This document shows, piece after piece, positions 1 to 8,835 of a stretch of DNA of 37,148 nucleotides. A model generated the notes under the pieces. That model saw only the letters and a program-made list of their open reading frames with translations. It searched no databases and had not been told where the DNA came from. The stretch lies in sequence record SRR22947727_1956, one strand, 5' to 3'. Each line of letters opens with the position of its first letter. The first letter of the stretch is position 1. The position numbers were made by a program, and so were the translations under genes.

Positions 1-30
1 TCAGTGCTCAGTGCTCAGTGCTCAGTGCTC
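1..30. repeat. Tandem heptamer repeat (TCAGTGC)x4 plus TC, probably truncated by the window edge
   Basis: Read directly: tcagtgc tcagtgc tcagtgc tcagtgc tc. Confidence 0.95.
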
Positions 31-266
31 CAAAGTGTTTCAGACCCTCCGCAAATATGAAGCTAACCGACTCGTACGCCTCCCAATTCAATGCGCTTTT
101 GCTGAACACATCCATCACCTAATGCTTCGTATTATGCTGCAATTTCTCCAACGTTATGCTTAAGCCGGCTCTGGGCGAAAACCGGCCTATGCTGTTTTGA
201 AAAAACCTCATTCTTGATCGCCCGCCGTCAAAGCGTTTTTGCAGCTCATGGGCAGAGCCCAAGCCA

Positions 267-575
267 TCAGCCTTGTGCTCGCACTTCCTGCAAAACATAA
301 TTTCTTGTTTTGAAACCGCGAGCGGGTTTCATAAACCCTTTTTCCAAAAGCGATTTGAATGCACGATGATACGTGGCGTGCGAAATATCGCGCGCCAAAG
401 TATGGCGGGCAAGATCATGCGCCACAAACTCTCCATCTTCACCGGCTACGTCGGTTGCTGCATATAAGATATCGAGCTCGGTTTGGGAAAGCGTATGCAG
501 ACCCTCATTCTTTTCCATATCTTTAATCATGGCGCGCAAATGAATTAATTGTGTGTAATGTCTCAAACTGGTCAC
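267..575 (-). CDS. Small winged-helix (MarR-like) hypothetical DNA-binding protein
   Basis: The C-terminal part has a wHTH pattern (LSQTELDILYAA...ISHATYHRAFKSLLEKGFM...R..YVL). The ORF-track extension to 653 is low-complexity A/T-tract sequence, so GTG at 575 or a nearby downstream start is more likely. Start uncertain. Confidence 0.7.
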   Translation of the reverse strand: MTSLRHYTQLIHLRAMIKDMEKNEGLHTLSQTELDILYAATDVAGEDGEFVAHDLARHTLARDISHATYHRAFKSLLEKGFMKPARGFKTRNYVLQEVRAQG

Positions 576-846
576 CCTAAAAAACAAAAAAAATACTAGA
601 ACGAGGCTTAAATAGACGCCTTTCAAACTGAGCTTTACAGAAGAAAAAAGCAAAAATAAGGCAGAAAACCTGTCGGGATGAGAAAAATGAAAATTTTTCG
701 CTGGCGGCGGGATCAGGACTGTAGAGCTGCCCGTGTTGAGATGCTTGATCGGTGCAGGGCAAGCGTAAAATTCGCCCGAGAAGAGAAGGCACGAAAGCGC
801 ATCATACGCGGTGCGGCTGCCCCCTTTGCTTGGCCGTTATATGTGA

Positions 847-886
847 TAAAAAATGGCCAGCTGCATTATGAACTGCGCAGCTGGCC
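847..886 (-). terminator. Rho-independent terminator of the pyrimidine ABC operon
   Basis: Perfect 10-bp inverted repeat GGCCAGCTGC (855-864) / GCAGCTGGCC (877-886), followed on the minus strand by ATTTTTT, 50 bp after the stop of the binding-protein gene. Confidence 0.75.
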
Positions 887-935
887 GAAGTGAAAGACCT
901 TTGCATGGCCATTTCTGGCCGCGTGTTTTCAGGTT

Positions 936-1925
936 TTACTTAAGGGCTTTATCGGTGATTGCGTGCGTCCAAGCACCGCTTGGTTTGGCGGTGATCACCG
1001 GATCTGACCCGCCTGCCATCAAGGTTGCGACTGTGCGCTCATAGTCGGCGGGGTCCAACGTGCCGTTTGAGCCGGCGGTGAGTTTGGCAATTTCCCCCAT
1101 CATGCGCACTTGATGTGCCTCGGTTTGGGCGCCTGATTCATCATTGTCCAGCACGATATTAGCTGCTTCAGCCGGGTTGGCTTCTGCGTATTTCCAGCCC
1201 TTCATCGAAGCGCGTACGAAGCGCACCATCTTATCCGCAAAAGCAGGGTCTTGCAGATTGTCTTCCAACGCATAAATGCCATCCTCCAATGTGGCCACGC
1301 CCTGGTCTTCATATTTGAATGTGATCAGCTCATCTTCGGACACACCGGCATCCAAAACCTGTCCAAATTCATTATAGGTCATGGTGGAAATGCAATCGGC
1401 TTGGCGTTGCAACAGCGGATCAACGTTGAAGCCTTGACGCAACACGGTAACCCCATCATCGCCGCCCTCGGTGGAAATACCTTCCTGGCTCATCCAGCTT
1501 AAGAATGGGTATTCATTGCCATAGAACCACACACCGATGGTTTTGCCTTTGAAATCGGCGGGGCTTTTGATCCCTGTATCTTTCCAGCAGGTCAGCATCA
1601 AACCTGAGCTTTTAAAGGGCTGGGCAATATTCACCACGGGTAGGCCTTTTTCGCGCGCGGCCAAGGCAGAGGGCATCCAATTCAGCATCGCATCAGCGCC
1701 GCCGCCAGCCAGAACTTGCGGGGGGGCGATGTCGGGCCCACCTGGTAAAATTGTGACATTCAGGTCTTCCGCTGTGTAAAACCCTTTGTCCAACGCCACG
1801 TAGTAGCCAGCAAATTGGGCCTGCGTCACCCATTGCAATTGCAGCTTCACATCATCGGCGGCTTGCACGGTGGTGGCTGCGGCTGCAGCCATCAGCGCCA
1901 GGGCACTTGATAGAATGGTTTTCAT
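936..1925 (-). CDS. ABC transporter substrate-binding protein, NMT1/THI5-like, probably pyrimidine/nucleoside uptake
   Basis: Signal peptide; LQLQWVTQAQFAGYYVALDKGFY motif of the NMT1/THI5 family; AGGAG RBS; position in the pyrimidine cluster. Confidence 0.92.
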   Translation of the reverse strand: MKTILSSALALMAAAAATTVQAADDVKLQLQWVTQAQFAGYYVALDKGFYTAEDLNVTILPGGPDIAPPQVLAGGGADAMLNWMPSALAAREKGLPVVNIAQPFKSSGLMLTCWKDTGIKSPADFKGKTIGVWFYGNEYPFLSWMSQEGISTEGGDDGVTVLRQGFNVDPLLQRQADCISTMTYNEFGQVLDAGVSEDELITFKYEDQGVATLEDGIYALEDNLQDPAFADKMVRFVRASMKGWKYAEANPAEAANIVLDNDESGAQTEAHQVRMMGEIAKLTAGSNGTLDPADYERTVATLMAGGSDPVITAKPSGAWTHAITDKALK

Positions 1926-1968
1926 CGTTTTTCTCCTAGTTGGTTTTGGTCGTTTATCATTTTCTCTG

Positions 1969-2817
1969 CTACGAGCCTCTTTGCGAGGGGTGCCAAAAGG
2001 TGACCCCCTTTTCTATTATTGCGACGGCGCCATAAAACGCGCTTCCCGCCAGCGCAGCGACGACGATTTCTGCCCAGACCATATCAAGCGCCAATTGCCC
2101 GACAGAGGCGGAAATTCGAAACCCCATTCCCACGACGGGTGAGCCGAAAAACTCGGCAACAATGGCGCCGATCAGCGCTAGCGTGGTTGAAATTTTTAAC
2201 CCGTTAAACATAAATGGCATCGCGGCGGGTAGCCGCAATTTTAAAAACGATTGCGCCGGGCGCGCGGCGTATGTGTGCATTAAGTCACGTTGCATGGCTG
2301 TGGTTTCGCGCAATCCGGCGACGGTGTTCACGAGCATTGGGAAAAACACCATGACCACCACCACTGCGGCTTTCGATTGCCAGTCAAAGCCAAACCACAT
2401 CACTAAAATTGGCGCGGTACCAATGATTGGAAGCGCCGCGATAAAATTTCCCACGGGTAACAGCCCTCGGCTTAAAAAATCAAACCGGTCCACCAGAAAT
2501 GCGGTGAGAATCGCGGCGCTGCAGCCAATCAGATATCCGCGCAGAGCGCCTTTGAGAAAGGTTTGTACAAAGTCTTTCCAAAGAATTGCCAGATTATCTG
2601 CCATAGTGTCGACCACCAAGGAGGGTGGTGGTAAAATCACCAAAGGCACGTTGAGGCCGCGTACCAGCATTTCCCAAACCAGCAATAAGGTCAGGCCAAA
2701 CAACGTTGGTACGATCACTTTGACCAATCGCGTGCCGGAGGCGGTGCCATTGGCCAATTTGACATTGAGCGTCCAAGCCGCGATCCAGACCACAATGCTG
2801 AAAAAAACAATGCTCAT
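1969..2817 (-). CDS. ABC transporter permease (SsuC/TauC-like)
   Basis: Multiple TM segments, LKLRLPAAMP loop, GAIVAEFFG; 4-bp overlap with the upstream permease. Confidence 0.93.
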   Translation of the reverse strand: MSIVFFSIVVWIAAWTLNVKLANGTASGTRLVKVIVPTLFGLTLLLVWEMLVRGLNVPLVILPPPSLVVDTMADNLAILWKDFVQTFLKGALRGYLIGCSAAILTAFLVDRFDFLSRGLLPVGNFIAALPIIGTAPILVMWFGFDWQSKAAVVVVMVFFPMLVNTVAGLRETTAMQRDLMHTYAARPAQSFLKLRLPAAMPFMFNGLKISTTLALIGAIVAEFFGSPVVGMGFRISASVGQLALDMVWAEIVVAALAGSAFYGAVAIIEKGVTFWHPSQRGS

Positions 2818-3731
2818 GACATTCCCATTTTTTTCAACGTGAGTCTTTGAATCACTCCAACCAGCGCCACCAAACTGGCGGCTACAATAGCGGCCATGAA
2901 CAAAGCCGACCAGATTTGCACGGTCTGCCCATAATAGGACCCGGCCAAGAGGCGGGCCCCTAAGCCGCGCACGGCGCCAGTGGGCAATTCGCCAACAATC
3001 GCCCCAACCAAGCTGGCGGCAATTCCAATTTTTAGCGATGCAAAAAGATAAGGCAACGAGGCGGGCAGGCGCAATTTCAGCAGGCTTTGAGGCGCAGAAC
3101 TGTTATAGGTCTTCAACAAATCAAGCTGCATCCGATCAGGGCTGCGCAATCCTTTCACCATTCCAACGACCACGGGGAAAAAGCTCAGATAGGCGCTGAT
3201 AAAGGCTTTCGGCAGTAGGCCTTGGATGCCTATAGAATTCAGCACCACGATGATCATCGGTGCAATGGCCAAAATCGGAATGGTTTGCGAGGCGATTGCC
3301 CAAGGCATCACACTCATATCCATCGCCCGGCTATGCACAATCCCCACGGCAAGCAAAATACCCATGCCGGTGCCGATTGCAAAGCCAAGCAAGGTAGCGC
3401 TCAGGGTGATCCATGCATGAAACACCAGGCTTCGCTTCGAGGTTATTTTTTTCTCAACCGTGGTTTTCCAAAGCTCGCTGGCCACTTGATGGGGCGCAGG
3501 AAGCCGCGGGCGGTCTTGCGAAAAGGTTGCCGCGATGGCGAAACTATTCGTCGCCACAAGCCCAATAGCCGAGAGATCCCGCCGCTCTTTTGCACCGGCC
3601 GGAACCACGTCAGCTCCCGCGCGCTCGGCGGTGGTGAGAGCAGATTTTATATTCATCGGCACCACGGCCACATACCAAGCGGCCAGCAAAGCCAATATAA
3701 CCGTTAGAATGGGCAGCAGCTTTTGTGTCAT
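2814..3731 (-). CDS. ABC transporter permease (SsuC/TauC-like)
   Basis: TM segments, LKLRLPASLPYLF and GAIVGEL motifs; ATGA overlaps at both ends. Confidence 0.93.
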   Translation of the reverse strand: MTQKLLPILTVILALLAAWYVAVVPMNIKSALTTAERAGADVVPAGAKERRDLSAIGLVATNSFAIAATFSQDRPRLPAPHQVASELWKTTVEKKITSKRSLVFHAWITLSATLLGFAIGTGMGILLAVGIVHSRAMDMSVMPWAIASQTIPILAIAPMIIVVLNSIGIQGLLPKAFISAYLSFFPVVVGMVKGLRSPDRMQLDLLKTYNSSAPQSLLKLRLPASLPYLFASLKIGIAASLVGAIVGELPTGAVRGLGARLLAGSYYGQTVQIWSALFMAAIVAASLVALVGVIQRLTLKKMGMS

Positions 3732-4510
3732 TCTGCGTCATGCCCCGCGCGAAGGCCTTCGCGCACCCGTTGCGCGATCGCGATAAATTCTTCTGAATCG
3801 CGAATATTCAGCGGACGTTCCTCTGGCAGGCTGCTCTCGATCACATCCGTGATGCGCCCCGGGCGCGGTGACATGACAACGATTTTTGTGGATAGATACA
3901 CCGCTTCGGGAATCGAATGGGTGACAAATCCGATGGTTTTATGCGTGCGCTTCCAAAGTTTGAGCAATTGCTCGTTCAAATGGTCCCGCACGATTTCATC
4001 CAGCGCTCCGAAAGGTTCATCCATCAAGAGGATATCGGCATCAAAAGCCAAGGCTCGGGCGATGGAGGCGCGCTGCTGCATCCCGCCTGACAATTGCCAT
4101 GGAAATTTCTTTTCAAAATCGGACAGTTCGACCAGTTCCAGCACGTTTTTTACCCGCTCGGCCTGTTCGGCTTTGCTAAACCCCATGATTTCAAGCGGCA
4201 AGCGGATATTGCCGCCAATGCTGCGCCAAGGGTAAAGGCCTGCGGCTTGAAACACATAGCCATAGGCGCGCGCTTGGCGCGCGGCGCTTGGCGACACGCC
4301 ATTGACGGTGATGTTGCCGCCAGTAGGCTGTTCGAGATCCGCCATTACCCGCAAGAACGTGGTTTTGCCGCAGCCTGATGGGCCAATAAAGCTGACAAAT
4401 TCCCCTTTTTTTACATCAAGGCTCACGTTTATCAGCGCATGAACAGCACCATCCCCCGTTGCAAATGTAAGGGATAAATCTTTGGCGGAGATCACTATTT
4501 CCTGCGCCAT
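3728..4510 (-). CDS. ABC transporter ATP-binding protein (TauB/SsuB-like)
   Basis: Walker A GPSGCGKT, signature LSGGMQQR, Walker B LLMDEPF, H-loop VTH. Confidence 0.95.
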   Translation of the reverse strand: MAQEIVISAKDLSLTFATGDGAVHALINVSLDVKKGEFVSFIGPSGCGKTTFLRVMADLEQPTGGNITVNGVSPSAARQARAYGYVFQAAGLYPWRSIGGNIRLPLEIMGFSKAEQAERVKNVLELVELSDFEKKFPWQLSGGMQQRASIARALAFDADILLMDEPFGALDEIVRDHLNEQLLKLWKRTHKTIGFVTHSIPEAVYLSTKIVVMSPRPGRITDVIESSLPEERPLNIRDSEEFIAIAQRVREGLRAGHDAE

Positions 4511-4582
4511 TTTAGGGGGTTTCTACTTGTGGCAAAAACATATTGTCCTTTCGCTGGTCTTTCGACGGGCTCTCCTCGCTTT

Positions 4583-6043
4583 TTAAATCCCGGCTGGAAT
4601 ATTCATTGGATCGCGATGGATTTGTTTTGGGGCTGTTAGGGCTTTCCATTTGCTTAAGGCCGCATTGGCATCTGGGAAGGCAGGGCGGGGTACGAAGCGG
4701 CCGCGGCCAGGATTGGGTTGGCTGTTTTGGCCCCAGGCCCAGATTACATCGCCGCGGCTGATCGTAAAGCGCGATTGGGCGCTGACATTGAAGCCCTCAA
4801 ACACATTATAATCCAAGATGGAATGATGGTTTGAGACGCTGATGGTTTTGGAAATTTTTGGATCCCAAACCACAATATCGGCATCTGCACCCTCTACAAT
4901 CGCACCTTTCTTTGGATAGATATTCAGAATTTTTGCAATGTTGGTGCTGGTGACGGCCACGAATTCGCTGGGTGTCAATCGTCCGGTTTCAACGCCCTCC
5001 GTCCATAGAACCGCCAAACGCTCTTCCAGCCCGTTTGAGCCATTTGGAATCAAGCAGAAATTATCCTTGCCCATCAGTTTTTGTTCGCTCGTAAAGGCGG
5101 CATGATCGGTGGCCACAACTTGTAAAGAGCCTGATTGTAAGCCGGCCCAAAGGCTGGCCTGATGCTCTTTATTACGAAATGGCGGTGACATCACGCGCCG
5201 CGCCGAATGCATCCAATCACCCTTGAAATACTCGCTTTCATCCAAGGTTAGGAATTGTGCCAACGGCTCGCCATAGACGCGCATGCCTTTTTGGCGCGCC
5301 CGCCGGATCGCTTCATGGGCCTGCTCGCAGCTGACATGCACCACATAAAGCGGCACGCCGGCTGCATCCGCGATGGTGATCGCGCGATTTGCGGCTTCAC
5401 CTTCGAATTCAGGCGGACGGGAATAGGCATGGCCTTCGGGCCCTGTTATACCTTGCTCGAGCATTTGCTGCTGCATATCGGCCACCAAATCACCGTTTTC
5501 GGCATGCACCATCGGCAGTGCTCCGATTTCCTTACAGCGTTTAAAGCTGGCAAACATTTCATCATCTTCGATCATCAGGGCGCCTTTATAGGCCATGAAA
5601 TGTTTGAACGAGTTGACCCCCATATCAACCGCATCTTTCATCCCGTTGAAGATCTCTTCATTCCAGCCGGTGATCGCCATATGATAGCCTACATCCGAAC
5701 AGATTTGAGGCGCGGATTTGCGGTGCCATTCATTGATTGCGTTTTTGATCGAGCCATCTGCCCCTGGCAGGCAGAAATCCACCACCATCGTTGTGCCGCC
5801 TACGGCGGCGGCCCATGTGCCCGTTTCAAAGGTTTCGGCGGCAGTTGTGCCCATGAAGGGCATTTCAAGATGCGTATGCGGATCAATTCCGCCAGGAATC
5901 ACATAGGCGCCAGCTGCATCGATATATTCATCGCCGGCCAGATCTTCACCGATTTGTTTGATGGTTTCGCCTTCGATAAGGACATCCGCCTTCCAGGCGC
6001 GGTCTGCCGTGCAAACGGTTCCGCCTTTGATCACTTTGCTCAT
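4583..6043 (-). CDS. hydA: Dihydropyrimidinase (D-hydantoinase)
   Basis: PGGIDPHTH metal motif, SFKHFMAYKG carbamylated-Lys region, VHAENG, VMSPP, ATDH; AAAGGAG RBS. Confidence 0.96.
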   Translation of the reverse strand: MSKVIKGGTVCTADRAWKADVLIEGETIKQIGEDLAGDEYIDAAGAYVIPGGIDPHTHLEMPFMGTTAAETFETGTWAAAVGGTTMVVDFCLPGADGSIKNAINEWHRKSAPQICSDVGYHMAITGWNEEIFNGMKDAVDMGVNSFKHFMAYKGALMIEDDEMFASFKRCKEIGALPMVHAENGDLVADMQQQMLEQGITGPEGHAYSRPPEFEGEAANRAITIADAAGVPLYVVHVSCEQAHEAIRRARQKGMRVYGEPLAQFLTLDESEYFKGDWMHSARRVMSPPFRNKEHQASLWAGLQSGSLQVVATDHAAFTSEQKLMGKDNFCLIPNGSNGLEERLAVLWTEGVETGRLTPSEFVAVTSTNIAKILNIYPKKGAIVEGADADIVVWDPKISKTISVSNHHSILDYNVFEGFNVSAQSRFTISRGDVIWAWGQNSQPNPGRGRFVPRPAFPDANAALSKWKALTAPKQIHRDPMNIPAGI

Positions 6044-6066
6044 CTTGGTTCTCCTTTTGCGCGCGG

Positions 6067-7317
6067 CTACTCTGTTATGACGGCAGTTTCGACAACCGCA
6101 TGAAACAGCACATCGGTGCCCGCTGTTGCCCAGTCTTTTGATATATCTTCGGCTTCATTATGGCTGAGCCCATCGACGCAGGGGCACATGATCATAGCGG
6201 TTGGGGCCACTTGATTGACCCAGCAGGCATCATGCCCGGCACCCGAAATGATATTCCTGTGGCTATAGCCCAAGCGCTCTGCGGCGTTGCGCACAGCGCT
6301 GACGCAGTCCTCGTCAAAGGCCACCGGATCAAATCCGCCAACTTTTTCAAACGTCACTTCAAGCCCCATATCATCGCAAATTTGCTGCGCTCCGGTTTTC
6401 AGGCGGGTTTCCATATCTTCGATGACCGTTAAATCGGGGCTGCGGAAATCGATTGTAAACACAACCTGCCCTGGGATCACATTTCGTGAATTGGGAAACA
6501 CATCAATATGGCCCGCTGCCCCCACGGCATCAGGGGCATGGCTCAGCGCGATCTCATCGACCAAATTCAAGACCCGCGCCATACCAAGCCCGGCGTTTTT
6601 GCGCATTGGCATTGGAGTAGAGCCGGTATGGGCGTCTTTGCCGGTAATGGTCACTTGCGTCCAGCTCAGGCCCTGACCATGCGTAACCACGCCGATATCC
6701 ACGCCTTCGGCTTCTAAAATAGGCCCTTGTTCGATATGCAATTCGAAAAACGCATGCATTTTGCGCGCGCCCACCGCTTCTTCACCGCGCCACCCGATGC
6801 GGGTGAGCTCATCGCCGAAGGATTTGCCATCACTATCGGTGCGGGCATAGGCCCAGTCTTGCGTATGGACACCAGCAAATACACCCGAGGCCAGCATGGC
6901 CGGCGCAAAGCGGGTGCCTTCTTCATTGGTGAAATTGGTAACAACGATCGGGTGTTTAGTTCGAATGCCAAGATCATTGAGGCTTCGAATAATCTCTAAA
7001 CCGCCCAAAACACCTAACACCCCGTCATATTTGCCGCCCGTGGGCTGCGTGTCCAGATGTGAGCCGACATAGACCGGCAAAGCATCGGGGTCGGTTCCGG
7101 GGCGCATGGCAAACATATTTCCCATCTGATCCACGCCCATGCTGCAGCCTGCTGCATCACACCATTTTTGAAACAGATGGCGCCCCTCGCCATCGTCATC
7201 GGTGAGGGTCTGGCGATTATTACCACCCGCGACCCCGGGTCCAATTTCAGCCATATCCATCAGGCTGTTCCAAAGCCGGTCGCCATTGATCTTTAGGTTT
7301 TCTCCGGGTGCGGCCAT
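6067..7317 (-). CDS. pydC: Zn-dependent N-carbamoyl-beta-alanine amidohydrolase (beta-ureidopropionase, M20/HyuC family)
   Basis: GSHLDTQPTGGKYDG, NEEGTRF, ELHIEQGP, SGAGHDA and SHNEAE motifs; AAGGAGG RBS; adjacent to hydA. Confidence 0.92.
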   Translation of the reverse strand: MAAPGENLKINGDRLWNSLMDMAEIGPGVAGGNNRQTLTDDDGEGRHLFQKWCDAAGCSMGVDQMGNMFAMRPGTDPDALPVYVGSHLDTQPTGGKYDGVLGVLGGLEIIRSLNDLGIRTKHPIVVTNFTNEEGTRFAPAMLASGVFAGVHTQDWAYARTDSDGKSFGDELTRIGWRGEEAVGARKMHAFFELHIEQGPILEAEGVDIGVVTHGQGLSWTQVTITGKDAHTGSTPMPMRKNAGLGMARVLNLVDEIALSHAPDAVGAAGHIDVFPNSRNVIPGQVVFTIDFRSPDLTVIEDMETRLKTGAQQICDDMGLEVTFEKVGGFDPVAFDEDCVSAVRNAAERLGYSHRNIISGAGHDACWVNQVAPTAMIMCPCVDGLSHNEAEDISKDWATAGTDVLFHAVVETAVITE

Positions 7318-7498
7318 CTGTGCCTCCTTTTGCCATGCTGCGCGTTTCGCACATCACAGCCGTTTCGAACATCTATGATCAAGGTCGCGCAACATGCGTA
7401 TCGTTTGGCGTGTTTCAAACAAACGCTTGCTGGCGCCAAAGCCCCGATCGGTTGGTAATTCGCAGACTTTTTAATTTGCGATTGCTCTGTTAAACTCG

Positions 7499-7526
7499 AG
7501 CGTAACACGGTTGACCATCTAGTCAA
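7499..7526 (-). promoter_or_regulatory. Putative sigma70 promoter of the pydC-hydA-ABC operon (TTGACT-N16-TACGCT with an extended TG)
   Basis: Minus strand reads TTGACT agatggtcaaccgtgt TACGCT; the -35 element lies inside the RutR-type operator. Confidence 0.5.
7511..7526. promoter_or_regulatory. RutR/PydR-type operator TTGACCATCTAGTCAA
   Basis: One mismatch to the RutR consensus TTGACCAnnTGGTCAA; lies between divergent pydC and the TetR genes. Confidence 0.85.
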
Positions 7527-7571
7527 GATTGTTTCTTTTGCAGCGAATGACTTGGGCTCCAGATTAAGAAA

Positions 7572-8207
7572 GTGCTTATTTTGAAAGCGGCAAAAGCGCA
7601 TATTCGAGCGGAAAATGAACGGCTGATTCTGGAAGCGGGCGAGCGTATCTTTGCGCAGCACGGATTTCGCGGCGCAACCATGCAAATGATTGCGGATCAG
7701 GCGGGCCTTCCCAAAGCCAATCTGCATTATTATTTTGATTCAAAAGAAAAACTATATCGCTGTGTCGTTGAGAAAATTTTTGAGATCTGGTTGCAAGCGG
7801 CCAGTAGTTTTGAAAATTCGGATGAACCGAAAGAGGCGTTAAAACTTTATATTTATGAAAAGATGCAAATCAGCCGCCGGCATCCTTATGGATCAAAAGT
7901 CTGGGCCAATGAGGTGATGCAAGGCGCGCCTATAATTCAGGATTTTCTAGAAACGCAGTTGCGCAGCTGGACGGATGGGCGCATCGAAAGTATCCAAGCG
8001 TGGATCGCAGCAGGAAAAATTCGATCGGTGGAGCCGCGTTGGGTGATGTATATGATTTGGGCGACAACGCAGCATTATGCTGATTTTGGGCATCAGATAG
8101 AAACCTTGAACGCGGATGCGCCGCTTAGCGAGGCGCAATGGGAGGCGGCTAGCGAGACGGTGTTTGAGGTGATTTGGAACGGCTTGGCACCCAAACAGAG
8201 CTTATGA
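7572..8207 (+). CDS. TetR family regulator, RutR-like paralog 1
   Basis: HTH GFRGATMQMIADQAGLPKANLHYYF; C-terminal IWATTQHYADF motif of the RutR subfamily; start may be TTG at 7581. Confidence 0.9.
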   Translation: MLILKAAKAHIRAENERLILEAGERIFAQHGFRGATMQMIADQAGLPKANLHYYFDSKEKLYRCVVEKIFEIWLQAASSFENSDEPKEALKLYIYEKMQISRRHPYGSKVWANEVMQGAPIIQDFLETQLRSWTDGRIESIQAWIAAGKIRSVEPRWVMYMIWATTQHYADFGHQIETLNADAPLSEAQWEAASETVFEVIWNGLAPKQSL

Positions 8208-8830
8208 GCAAAACAACCTCTCCCTCAAAGCCGCAAACGCGGATTCAAAAACGCAATATCATGATCATTCTTGATGCAGCGCTCGAGGTGTTTTCAACCT
8301 ATGGGTTTCGGGGCACCACACTGGATCAAATCGCGCGTCAGGCGGGATTGTCAAAACCCAATGTGCTCTATTATTTTGATGGCAAAGAAGCGATCCATTT
8401 GGCGTTGCTGAGCCAGCTTTTGGAAACCTGGCTGGATCCGCTGCGCGCGATTGACCCGCAGGGCGATCCTAAAACCGAATTGATGCGCTATATCCGCCAT
8501 AAGTTGCAAATGTCGCGCGACTTTCCCCGTGAAAGCCGGTTATTTGCCAATGAAATCGTGCAAGGTGCGCCGCGTATGCAGGCTTTTTTACAAGGGGATC
8601 TGCGAGATTTGGTTGATGAAAAAGCCGCCGTGATCCAAGCTTGGATGAAGGATGGCAAGCTCACTCAGTTGGATCCGTTTCATTTGATTTTTTCGATTTG
8701 GGCGCTGACCCAGCATTATGCCGATTTTGAAGCCCAGATTCGCTTGGTGCGCGGTTCTAATATCACGCAACCGCATGATGGGTCAGAAGATTTTTTGGAT
8801 CAGGTGTTTCAAAAACTCCTGACCCCGTAA
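8204..8830 (+). CDS. rutR: TetR family pyrimidine utilization regulator RutR/PydR
   Basis: HTH GFRGTTLDQIARQAGLSKPNVLYYF, PRESRLFANEI, IWALTQHYADF; ATG at 8204 overlaps the upstream TGA (ATGA). Confidence 0.9.
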   Translation: MSKTTSPSKPQTRIQKRNIMIILDAALEVFSTYGFRGTTLDQIARQAGLSKPNVLYYFDGKEAIHLALLSQLLETWLDPLRAIDPQGDPKTELMRYIRHKLQMSRDFPRESRLFANEIVQGAPRMQAFLQGDLRDLVDEKAAVIQAWMKDGKLTQLDPFHLIFSIWALTQHYADFEAQIRLVRGSNITQPHDGSEDFLDQVFQKLLTP

Positions 8831-8835
8831 TTCTT

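Noticed and set aside
1..30. CRISPR array
   Set aside because: 7-bp units with no spacers, and no cas genes in the window
678..893. 71-aa plus-strand ORF (MRKMKIFRW...)
   Set aside because: No recognisable motif, weak RBS, and its 3' part is the terminator hairpin of the opposite-strand operon. It cannot be fully excluded as a small protein.
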